Shown here piece by piece: positions 8,728 through 16,595 of a DNA stretch of 22,365 nucleotides. This stretch comes from an uncultured archaeon (GTDB taxonomy: Archaea > Iainarchaeota > Iainarchaeia > Iainarchaeales > CSSED10-239). The translations under genes were made by a program, and so were the position numbers. The notes beneath the pieces were generated by a model that was not told the origin of the DNA, did no database searches, and was given only the letters and a program-made list of their open reading frames with translations. The first letter of the stretch is position 1; every line of letters begins with the position of its first letter. The DNA lies in assembly GCA_964591795.1 (NCBI GenBank), contig CAZQEL010000015.1:1-22365 (forward strand). The letters run 5' to 3'.

Positions 8728-8897
8728 GTTTTATCTTTTTCTTCTCTTTTATAAATATATATTTATATAATGTTAATTTAAACATAACTTTTACCCTATA
8801 CATAATAACTTTGGAAATCTAACGCTTCTTTTTTTAAAGCTGTTGTTCTACATTAACTATAACAATCTTAATTTTTTTAAAAAAGAGGCTTTTTAAC

Positions 8898-9494
8898 ATG
8901 CTAGAAAAATATACTGTATTAGATTTAGAAACAACAGGGCTTAATAGAGAAAAAGATCAAATTACTGAAATAGCTGCTTTAAAGCTTGAAGGGAACAGAA
9001 TAGTTGCTAAATTTGAAACATTAGTTAACCCAAAAATAAAAATTCCTGCTGAAATAACTCAACTAACAGGAATTACTAATAGTATGGTAAAAGATATGCC
9101 TACAATTGATCAAGTTTTACCTAATTTTTTAAGTTTTATTAAAGATGATATTTTAGTTGCACATAACGCTATTTTTGATATTGGTTTTTTAAATGTTAAT
9201 TTTTCAAAGCATTTTCAAAATTCATTACCTAATAAGAACATTTGCACAATGAATCTTGCAAGAAAAATAGTGCCTACAATACCAAGTTATAGACTTTCTT
9301 CTTTATGTAATTATTTTGATATAAAAAACGATTGTGCACATAGAGCAATGTCAGATGTTTATGCAACAACAAAACTTTTTACTAAATTTCAAGCAATTAT
9401 GCATAATAATGGGCTTAAGAAAGATCAAGCAATTTTAGATTTTTATAAAGATCCATTGGCAAAACTTAATCTTTCACTAAATCATTTGATTTAG
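8898..9494 (+). CDS. DEDDh 3'-5' exonuclease (DnaQ / Pol III epsilon-like)
   Basis: ExoI VLDLETTGL, ExoII LVAHNAIFDIGFL and ExoIII HRAMSDVYAT (H-x4-D). AGAGG lies upstream of the ATG. Confidence 0.85.
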   Translation: MLEKYTVLDLETTGLNREKDQITEIAALKLEGNRIVAKFETLVNPKIKIPAEITQLTGITNSMVKDMPTIDQVLPNFLSFIKDDILVAHNAIFDIGFLNVNFSKHFQNSLPNKNICTMNLARKIVPTIPSYRLSSLCNYFDIKNDCAHRAMSDVYATTKLFTKFQAIMHNNGLKKDQAILDFYKDPLAKLNLSLNHLI

Positions 9495-9498
9495 ATTT

Positions 9499-9699
9499 TT
9501 ATTTATTCTTTTTTTTATGATTAACAGGTGCTATTAACCATAGAATAATATAAGCTAAGAAAAAAATACCAAAACTAAAAATTGCAAGTAAAGCCCAAAT
9601 AAGTCTTATTAAAGTTGGATCTGCGTTTATATATTCTGCAAAACCAGAAGCAACTCCACCAATTATAACATCTTTTGAACTTCTTTTGTATTTTTTCAT
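9499..9699 (-). CDS. PspC domain-containing small membrane protein
   Basis: RSSKDVIIGGVASGFAEYINADPTLIRLIWALLAIFS followed by a TM helix is the typical PspC N-terminal domain pattern. Confidence 0.75.
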   Translation of the reverse strand: MKKYKRSSKDVIIGGVASGFAEYINADPTLIRLIWALLAIFSFGIFFLAYIILWLIAPVNHKKKNK

Positions 9700-9822
9700 A
9701 AATTTATCTCTTTTTTAATTTTTAGTTGTTTATAAATATTTATTATTAAAAAGTCTTTATAAGTATATTTAAATATTCTTTTTTCTATATATTATATATA
9801 AATATATAAATAAAGATTAAAC

Positions 9823-10758
9823 ATGGAATATACAAAAGATTTTTTATGGAAAAAAGGCCTTACAGTATCAGAATTGGTTGAGGGTTTTGGAAATATTGGG
9901 TTTCAATCATACGAACTTAAAAGAGCATCAGATCTTTTAGTTAAAATGAAAAAAGAAGGTGCTAAAGTATATCTTTCATATACTTCAAATATGGTTACTT
10001 CAGGTCTACGTGGTTTTTTTGCTCAAGTAATTGATAAAAAAATGTGTGATGTTATAGTTACAACTGTTGGTGCTATTGAAGAAGATATTATGAAAGCTGA
10101 TGGAGATAAATTTATTCTTTCTTCCTTTTCTTCAAATGATGAAGAGCTTTATGAAAGAGGAGAGAATCGAGTTGGTAATATATTAATTACAAATGATCAA
10201 TATCAAAAATTTGAAGCAAAAATGCAAGTAATTTTAAAAGATATTTATACAACTAAGAAATCATTAACAATTTCTGAACTATTAAGAGAAATTGGTTTAA
10301 GAATAAATGATACTAATTCAATTCTTTATCAAGCAGCAAAAAACAATATCCCTATCTTTTGCCCTGCAATAACAGATGGTTCATTTGGTTTCCATTTATA
10401 TTTATTTAAGGACGAACATAAGGATTTTAACATTGATATAATTAATGATTTTAAAAATATTATTTTTTCAACATCACATGATGAAAAAAAAGGAATTATT
10501 GCACTTGGTGGTGGAGTTTCAAAGCATCATGTAATATTAACTACATTAATTAATGGTGGAGCTGATTATGCTCTTTATATGACAACAGCATCTCCTCGTT
10601 CAGGAAGTCTTTCTGGAGCAACAACTGATGAAGCTAAGTCTTGGGGGAAAATAAAAAATAATTCTGATGCTGTTACTGTTATAGGTGATGTAACCATAAC
10701 TTTTCCAATAGCTATGGTTTCTGCACTAGATACTTTAGAAAAAGAAGGATTAATTTAA
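9823..10758 (+). CDS. dys: deoxyhypusine synthase
   Basis: 311 aa. It has the GGGVSKHH motif and the catalytic-lysine motif EAKSWGKI near the C-terminus. Length and motif order are typical of archaeal DHS. Confidence 0.9.
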   Translation: MEYTKDFLWKKGLTVSELVEGFGNIGFQSYELKRASDLLVKMKKEGAKVYLSYTSNMVTSGLRGFFAQVIDKKMCDVIVTTVGAIEEDIMKADGDKFILSSFSSNDEELYERGENRVGNILITNDQYQKFEAKMQVILKDIYTTKKSLTISELLREIGLRINDTNSILYQAAKNNIPIFCPAITDGSFGFHLYLFKDEHKDFNIDIINDFKNIIFSTSHDEKKGIIALGGGVSKHHVILTTLINGGADYALYMTTASPRSGSLSGATTDEAKSWGKIKNNSDAVTVIGDVTITFPIAMVSALDTLEKEGLI

Positions 10759-11127
10759 ATGATTAAAAAAAGTGTTAATTTAATTAAAAATAAACTATTA
10801 AAAGCAAATATATTTAAAAAAAAAGTAAATGTTTATTCTAAATTAAATAAAAGATATAAAGAAAAAGTAAAACTAGCTTATTTTTCAGAAATGCCATCTA
10901 AGAAAAAAATAACTGGCTTATTATTAGAAAACAAATTAGTTGTTTTTTTAAATTCTAATAAAGAATCAATAATTGGTAATTCTAAGTATATGTCCTTTCA
11001 GGCTTTTATTTTTAAAAAAGAAATAAATTTCACTAAAATTCAATTTAATGGGAATTTAAAAAATTCACTTAGAAATATTTTTGAAATAAAATTATTTAAT
11101 GATTTTTTAGTTAATTTTTCAAAATAA
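10759..11127 (+). CDS. hypothetical protein
   Basis: The start abuts the dys stop (TAAATG). 122 aa, Lys/Asn-rich, with no known motif. The TAA at 11125-11127 is followed by open frame into 11194..11379. Confidence 0.4.
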   Translation: MIKKSVNLIKNKLLKANIFKKKVNVYSKLNKRYKEKVKLAYFSEMPSKKKITGLLLENKLVVFLNSNKESIIGNSKYMSFQAFIFKKEINFTKIQFNGNLKNSLRNIFEIKLFNDFLVNFSK

Positions 11128-11193
11128 AACAAATTTTCAAAAATTACAATAGACACTTGGATATTTGAAGAGTTTAAAGGGTTATCTAAATTT

Positions 11194-11379
11194 ATGGGTG
11201 GTTTTAAAGCATCTGATGTAAATAAACTTATAAAATATCATGAAGCACTTAAGACTAATGATGTTAAAAAAGTATTATCTTTTGATTTTAGTAAAAATAG
11301 ATTAAATTGTTTGACAAATAATGGTGAAAATATTAATTTAAATATTGAATTACCTTGTTATGTTTTAAAAGTTAAGTGA
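11194..11379 (+). CDS. hypothetical small protein
   Basis: 61 aa, in the same frame as 10759..11127. Its TGA stop lies inside the GTGAT that precedes the decarboxylase start. Confidence 0.35.
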   Translation: MGGFKASDVNKLIKYHEALKTNDVKKVLSFDFSKNRLNCLTNNGENINLNIELPCYVLKVK

Positions 11380-11384
11380 TATTT

Positions 11385-12431
11385 ATGAAATCAAATGCAA
11401 AATTTATATTTTCTAAAAAAATAATTTTAAAAGAATATAAAAAAATACAAGATGTTTCAGATATTGTTTCATATAGTGTTAAATCAAATCCATATATTGT
11501 TGGTATTTTAGAAAATAACACTACTTGTAAATTTTTAATACATCACATAAATGAAATGTCTAAAATTAAAAATAAGAAAAATGTATGGTATATGTTACAT
11601 TCTCCTGATAAAGAAGAGATTGAATTACTTTTTAAAGAAGGTATAAATAAATTTATTATTGATAATAAAAACGATTTTAATTTTTTACTTAATGAAATAG
11701 AAAAAAATAATTATAAAATAACTTTACTTTTAAGAATGAGACTTAAGGAATATACAGTTGTTACTGGTAAGTATTTTGTATATGGATTTTATTCAAAAGA
11801 AGTTAATGAGCTTATTAGTGTATTGAAAAATAATCCTTTAATTGAAAATAAAGGTATTCATTTTCATAGGAAAACACAAAATTTATCTGAATGGAACTTA
11901 ATTTCTGAAATTGAATCATCTTTAACAAAAGAAACTTTAGATTTGATTGGTTTGTTGGACATTGGTGGTGGTTTACCGGTTGTTTATAAAAATATAAATC
12001 CAAGAACTTTAGATGTTATTTATAAAAAAATAACAGAGCTTAAACAATTTTTAAATAATAAGAATATAAAATTAATTACTGAACCTGGTAGAAGTATTGC
12101 TGCACCTTCAGGTAAACTTGTTACAACTATTAAAAATATTGTTGATGATACAATATTTATTGATGCTTCTTTATTTAATTGTTCAATGGATACATTAGTT
12201 GCACATATTAAACTTTTAGTTGAAGGAGAAAATGATGTTGATATTGGTAAACCATATACTATTAAGGGATTAACTCCTGCTTCAGAAGATATTTTTAGAT
12301 ATAGGGTTTATTTTAAAGAAGGTTACATTCCTAAAATTGGTGATAATATCATTTTTAATAATGCTGGAGCCTATATTTATTATACTGATCTTTTTAACTT
12401 AGAAAGACCAAAAATTGAATTTGTTGATTAG
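11385..12431 (+). CDS. PLP-dependent decarboxylase, Orn/DAP/Arg decarboxylase family (fold type III)
   Basis: PLP-lysine motif SYSVKSNP, HFHRKTQN (HxGSq-like), LDIGGGLPV, ITEPGRSI and NNAGAYIYY...FN. ATG at 11385, with GTGAT 4 nt upstream, is preferred over the listed GTG at 11376. Substrate cannot be assigned from sequence. Confidence 0.8.
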   Translation: MKSNAKFIFSKKIILKEYKKIQDVSDIVSYSVKSNPYIVGILENNTTCKFLIHHINEMSKIKNKKNVWYMLHSPDKEEIELLFKEGINKFIIDNKNDFNFLLNEIEKNNYKITLLLRMRLKEYTVVTGKYFVYGFYSKEVNELISVLKNNPLIENKGIHFHRKTQNLSEWNLISEIESSLTKETLDLIGLLDIGGGLPVVYKNINPRTLDVIYKKITELKQFLNNKNIKLITEPGRSIAAPSGKLVTTIKNIVDDTIFIDASLFNCSMDTLVAHIKLLVEGENDVDIGKPYTIKGLTPASEDIFRYRVYFKEGYIPKIGDNIIFNNAGAYIYYTDLFNLERPKIEFVD

Positions 12432-12433
12432 AT

Positions 12434-13270
12434 ATGGATATTAAAAAACCCTTAAAAATAATTTTAAAATCAAAAGAAAAAGATTCAACTATAGTTAAAC
12501 CATTTTCCTTAAATAAAAAATCTGTTAATTATAAGCAAAAAATGGTTCTTTATAGTCCAGAAATAAAAAAATTATTTAAATCAATAACAGGTATGGGTAA
12601 AAATACTTCGCCAGACTATGTTCCTGGTGCAATGGTGGTTATTCATAAACATCTAAATTCTTCAGATAAATTTTCTTTAAAATACACAGATCCTAAAGGA
12701 AGATTTGTAATAAATTCAGTTTCAATTAATACTATGTTACCTTCTAATATACATAAAGCTTACAAGTTAGATATTTTTGAAAATAATAAAACCTATTCTT
12801 TTTATATTAAGGCAATTTTTGAAAATACTGAATTTAAACAATCCACACAGAAAATTATTATACAAAAGTTTATGGAAAAAAAAGGTTTTAATGTTATAAG
12901 ACCTAAATTTGCATTTTCAGAAGTTAATACTGAAGTTATGGATTTAAGGCTTATTGAAAGTAAAAAATGTGGTTTTCATTTTATTGTTTATGATTATACA
13001 AACCTAAAAAATGTTTATGATTCTTATTTGTTAAAAGAAATAACTTCAAAAGACTATATAGCAATTTCAAAAAAGTTAGATTTAATTAAAATAAGTTTTT
13101 CTAATGAACAAATAAGAGATATTGTTTCAAAAAATGTGTATTATGAAAAAATAAAAAATAAATTTAATTCATTTAATATTTATAAGTTATTTATTTCTGA
13201 TTTATATTTAATTGATTTAGATAAAAAAATATTAGCTGAATTTGCAAAAAAAGAAGATTTAGTTAAATAA
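12434..13270 (+). CDS. hypothetical protein, paralogue of 13292..13984
   Basis: Several collinear matched blocks with the next ORF, including FIVYDYTNLKNVYD versus YICYEYKNLPNVFE. The start is 2 nt after the decarboxylase stop. Confidence 0.55.
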   Translation: MDIKKPLKIILKSKEKDSTIVKPFSLNKKSVNYKQKMVLYSPEIKKLFKSITGMGKNTSPDYVPGAMVVIHKHLNSSDKFSLKYTDPKGRFVINSVSINTMLPSNIHKAYKLDIFENNKTYSFYIKAIFENTEFKQSTQKIIIQKFMEKKGFNVIRPKFAFSEVNTEVMDLRLIESKKCGFHFIVYDYTNLKNVYDSYLLKEITSKDYIAISKKLDLIKISFSNEQIRDIVSKNVYYEKIKNKFNSFNIYKLFISDLYLIDLDKKILAEFAKKEDLVK

Positions 13271-13291
13271 ATTTATTAATAGGAAATATTT

Positions 13292-13984
13292 ATGGTTATT
13301 AGAAAATTTAAATTAATTAATAAGTCAAAGGTTAATAAACCTAAATTAATTAGAAAAAGCAGTATTGTAAAGAATAAAATTTCTCGAGATCTAATTTATT
13401 CTAAACAAATTAGGGCAGCCTTTAGAAAATTACCTGGCCTTTTAAGTGCCTTTAAAGAATTAAAGGTAAATCCAAGATTAAATGTTATCAAAGATCCTAA
13501 TAGAAAATTTGATATTGTAAGATATAAAAATTTTTTAAAGAAAGAGGTTAATTTTTATGGCGAAAATACAAAAAGTTCATTTATTTTATCTTTATATTTA
13601 GTAAAAGGAAAACCAAAAAGATACTATGTTAAGGAAGCACCACATAATACTGAACTTTCATCAGTTTTAGAGTTTATTAGTATGTCTGTTTTAAATAAAT
13701 TAAATATAAATATAATAAAACCTGTTTTTGCATATGATTCTATTGCTAAAAAAAATAGTTATATTTGTTATGAATATAAAAATCTTCCAAATGTTTTTGA
13801 AGCATTATCTAAACATTTAATTAGTTTAGAAGAATTTAATGCTATTGAAACAAAAATTTCGTATTTTAGAAATCATCTTAATAAGTATGGAATTAAGGAT
13901 TTTGCATCAATTAATGCATTAATTAATGTTAAAACTAAGAAACTTTATATGTTAGATACCTTTATTAAAGAAGTTAAACACTAA
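13292..13984 (+). CDS. hypothetical protein, paralogue of 12434..13270; possible kinase-like motif order
   Basis: AGGA lies 7 nt upstream of the ATG. The motif order YYVKE...NTEL...IIKPVFAY...YICYEY...GIKDFASINALIN...LYMLDTF resembles the Lys / alphaC-Glu / hinge / catalytic-loop / DFG-like order of small RIO- or Bud32-type kinases. This is unverified. Confidence 0.55.
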   Translation: MVIRKFKLINKSKVNKPKLIRKSSIVKNKISRDLIYSKQIRAAFRKLPGLLSAFKELKVNPRLNVIKDPNRKFDIVRYKNFLKKEVNFYGENTKSSFILSLYLVKGKPKRYYVKEAPHNTELSSVLEFISMSVLNKLNINIIKPVFAYDSIAKKNSYICYEYKNLPNVFEALSKHLISLEEFNAIETKISYFRNHLNKYGIKDFASINALINVKTKKLYMLDTFIKEVKH

Positions 13985-14024
13985 AAATAAATTTATTTTT
14001 TAAATTGAAAAAATATTAAACTGC

Positions 14025-14030
14025 AAGGTG
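14025..14030 (+). promoter_or_regulatory. Shine-Dalgarno AAGGTG, 7 nt upstream of the agmatinase ATG
   Basis: The sequence reads ctgcAAGGTGttatattATG. Confidence 0.5.
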
Positions 14031-14037
14031 TTATATT

Positions 14038-14922
14038 ATGATCAAAATTAATTACTTAAACTTAAACGAAGAATATTCTTTTAAGGAAAACTCACAAATA
14101 CATATTTATCCTTTGTCTTTTAAACAGAAAGCTACCACTAAAAATTCATCTTTTAATGGACCTGAAGAAATTTTAAAAGCTTCAAGAGAAATTGAATATT
14201 TTGATGAGGAATTTAAAATTGAACCATATTTAAATGGAATTTATACTCATGAGATAATTAATTTAAAAAATAAAGATGAAGGATTTATTTTATCTGAAAA
14301 AATTATTAATAAATTAAAACCTTTAGTTGAAAAAAATAAATTAAATATTTTTCTTGGAAGTGATCATTGGACTACACATGGAATTGTTTCTGTTTTTGAA
14401 AAACAATATAAAGATTTTGGAGTAATATCTTTTGATGCTCATCTTGATTTAAGAGAAGAGTGGGGAAAAGGTACTTGGTGGCATGCATGTGTTTTAAGAG
14501 AAATTTCTAAAAAGCATAAGTGTCTTATTTTAGGTTCTAGAAGTTCTGATTTTTATGAGAATGAATATCTTAAGTCAAATAACAGTGTATCTGTAATTTC
14601 CTCAAGAGAAATAAATAGGAAAAAAAGTTTAACACATTTCAAATATTTTTTAAAAAAACTACCTAAAAATATTTATATTACTATAGATTCAGATGTTTTT
14701 GATCCGTCTATTATTAGAAATACTGATACTCCTGAACCTAACGGGCTTTCATGGATACAAGTTAATGCGTTTTTAAAAGAAATTTTTAAAACTAAAAACG
14801 TTATTGGGGTAGATTTAGTTGAATTTTCGCCAAAAGGTCCTGAATGGAATTATCACAGTGAAGCTTATACTTTGGCTAAATTAATTTATAAAATTATTAG
14901 TTATAAATTTAATGTTAAATGA
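14038..14922 (+). CDS. speB: agmatinase / arginase-family ureohydrolase
   Basis: The Mn-ligand motifs are all present: GSDHW (GGDHS-like), FDAHLDLR, ITIDSDVFDP, TPEPNGLS and GVDLVEFSP. Confidence 0.85.
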   Translation: MIKINYLNLNEEYSFKENSQIHIYPLSFKQKATTKNSSFNGPEEILKASREIEYFDEEFKIEPYLNGIYTHEIINLKNKDEGFILSEKIINKLKPLVEKNKLNIFLGSDHWTTHGIVSVFEKQYKDFGVISFDAHLDLREEWGKGTWWHACVLREISKKHKCLILGSRSSDFYENEYLKSNNSVSVISSREINRKKSLTHFKYFLKKLPKNIYITIDSDVFDPSIIRNTDTPEPNGLSWIQVNAFLKEIFKTKNVIGVDLVEFSPKGPEWNYHSEAYTLAKLIYKIISYKFNVK

Positions 14923-14982
14923 ATTTATTTTTAAAACTTTTGTTCTATTATATATTTAAAATATATAAGTTATTGATTACAT

Positions 14983-16515
14983 ATGAAAACAAGATTTTTA
15001 ATTTCCTTTCAAATAATATTTTTATTTATTCTAATTTTAAGTACATTTACTTTTTCTGAAACTTTAGATGATTCTTGTGGTCCTAGTGATAATTTATGTA
15101 TTATTAATAATATAATTGATGTTAATTATAATAATCCTTTAGAATTAACTAATAATTTAGATGCAAATTTAACTTGTGGAGTTTATTTCACAGGAATTGG
15201 ATGTCCTCATTGTGCAAAGATAGATCCTGTGTTATTTAAGGATATTATTGTTAATAATCCTAAACTGGTTATAATAGAATTTGAAGCAAAACAAAAGAAA
15301 GAAAATGCTCGTCTTTCAATAGGTTATGATGATATTTATAATTCTGGCTTTGATACTCCATTTTTAATTTTTAATAAAGAAAATGTTTTTAATTATCAAT
15401 ATATTTTATCTTTCTTTGAAAACGATTTTAATTCTTTAAATAATAATGCTTGTCCATTTCCAACATCAGTATATCCTGATGGTACTACTTCTTTTTCTAA
15501 AATAAATTTAAACAATCTTAATTCTTCACCAGTAATTTGGTATAACGATAGGGCTTTAGAAAAAACTTCTTTTGCAAAAGAAACTTCCAATGATTTTTTA
15601 CATAAATTACTAACTGATTCGAATATTGAATTACTTTTAGAAAATTCAGATTATAATTATATAAAAGAAGCTCACATATCATATTCTGGAGGTACTTTAT
15701 TTTTTGATAATGCTGTTGATGTTAATGGTTGGATAATATATTTTAATGGAGAATGTAGTCTTGTTGGTTCCAGTGAATGTAAAGATGTTGATTCTGAATA
15801 TGGAACTACAGAAAAAGCAAATTATGAACGACTAAGTTTATTAAAGGTAATAACTTTAGCATTAGCTGATGCTGTTAACCCTTGTTCATTTGCAGTTCTT
15901 TTAATTTTATTGTTAACAATAACTACTTTAAATCCTGATAATAAACGAAAAATATTATATTCTGGTCTTGCGTTTTCATTTTCAATATTTGTTTTATATT
16001 TTTTATATGGATTAATACTAGTTACTTTTTTTAGTGCTTTTTCAGGAAATATTACTGTAATTATTTATAAGTTTTTTGCAGTTGTTGCTATTCTTTTAGG
16101 TGCTTGGCAAATAAGAGATTATATTTATTATAAACCTGGAACTGTTGGTACTGAAATGCCACTTAGTTTAAGACCAAAGGTTAAAAAAATAATATCTAGA
16201 GCAACTTCTCCTTTAGGTGCTGGAATTGTTGGTGTATTTGTTTCTTTATTTTTACTTCCTTGTACTATAGGACCATATATTATTGCCACATCTTCTTTAG
16301 CATTAATAGATATATTAAAATCAATTCCTTTATTACTTTTATATAATTTAATATTTATTTTACCAATGGTATTTATTACAATAATTATATATTTTGGTCT
16401 TAAAAAAATAGAAGATATTGGTGCCTGGAAAGAAAAAAATATTAAATATTTCCATTTAATTACTGGTGCTTTAATTTTGTTACTAGGATTATTAATGTTA
16501 TTTGGTTTATTGTGA
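14983..16515 (+). CDS. secreted CPHC thioredoxin-like domain fused to a CcdA/DsbD-like 6-TM thiol-disulfide transporter domain
   Basis: N-terminal signal/anchor (FLISFQIIFLFILILSTFTFS). GIGCPHCAKIDP has a DsbA-type CPHC active site. The C-terminal ~230 aa contain 6 hydrophobic helices, with Cys in helix 1 (AVNPCSFAVL) and helix 4 (LLPCTIGPYI), as in CcdA. Confidence 0.7.
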   Translation: MKTRFLISFQIIFLFILILSTFTFSETLDDSCGPSDNLCIINNIIDVNYNNPLELTNNLDANLTCGVYFTGIGCPHCAKIDPVLFKDIIVNNPKLVIIEFEAKQKKENARLSIGYDDIYNSGFDTPFLIFNKENVFNYQYILSFFENDFNSLNNNACPFPTSVYPDGTTSFSKINLNNLNSSPVIWYNDRALEKTSFAKETSNDFLHKLLTDSNIELLLENSDYNYIKEAHISYSGGTLFFDNAVDVNGWIIYFNGECSLVGSSECKDVDSEYGTTEKANYERLSLLKVITLALADAVNPCSFAVLLILLLTITTLNPDNKRKILYSGLAFSFSIFVLYFLYGLILVTFFSAFSGNITVIIYKFFAVVAILLGAWQIRDYIYYKPGTVGTEMPLSLRPKVKKIISRATSPLGAGIVGVFVSLFLLPCTIGPYIIATSSLALIDILKSIPLLLLYNLIFILPMVFITIIIYFGLKKIEDIGAWKEKNIKYFHLITGALILLLGLLMLFGLL

Positions 16516-16595
16516 TTTTCAGATTATTTTAAACATAAACAAATATCTTTATATACTTGTTTGTAATTAAATATATTAACTTAAACTGATTAGAT

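Noticed and set aside
10759-11127. The possibility that the small ORF after dys encodes a pyruvoyl AdoMet decarboxylase (SpeH) or arginine decarboxylase (PdaD)
   Set aside because: It has no ES/SS self-cleavage motif context (such as AESH.S.HTWPE) and no other recognisable signature. Its size alone is not evidence.
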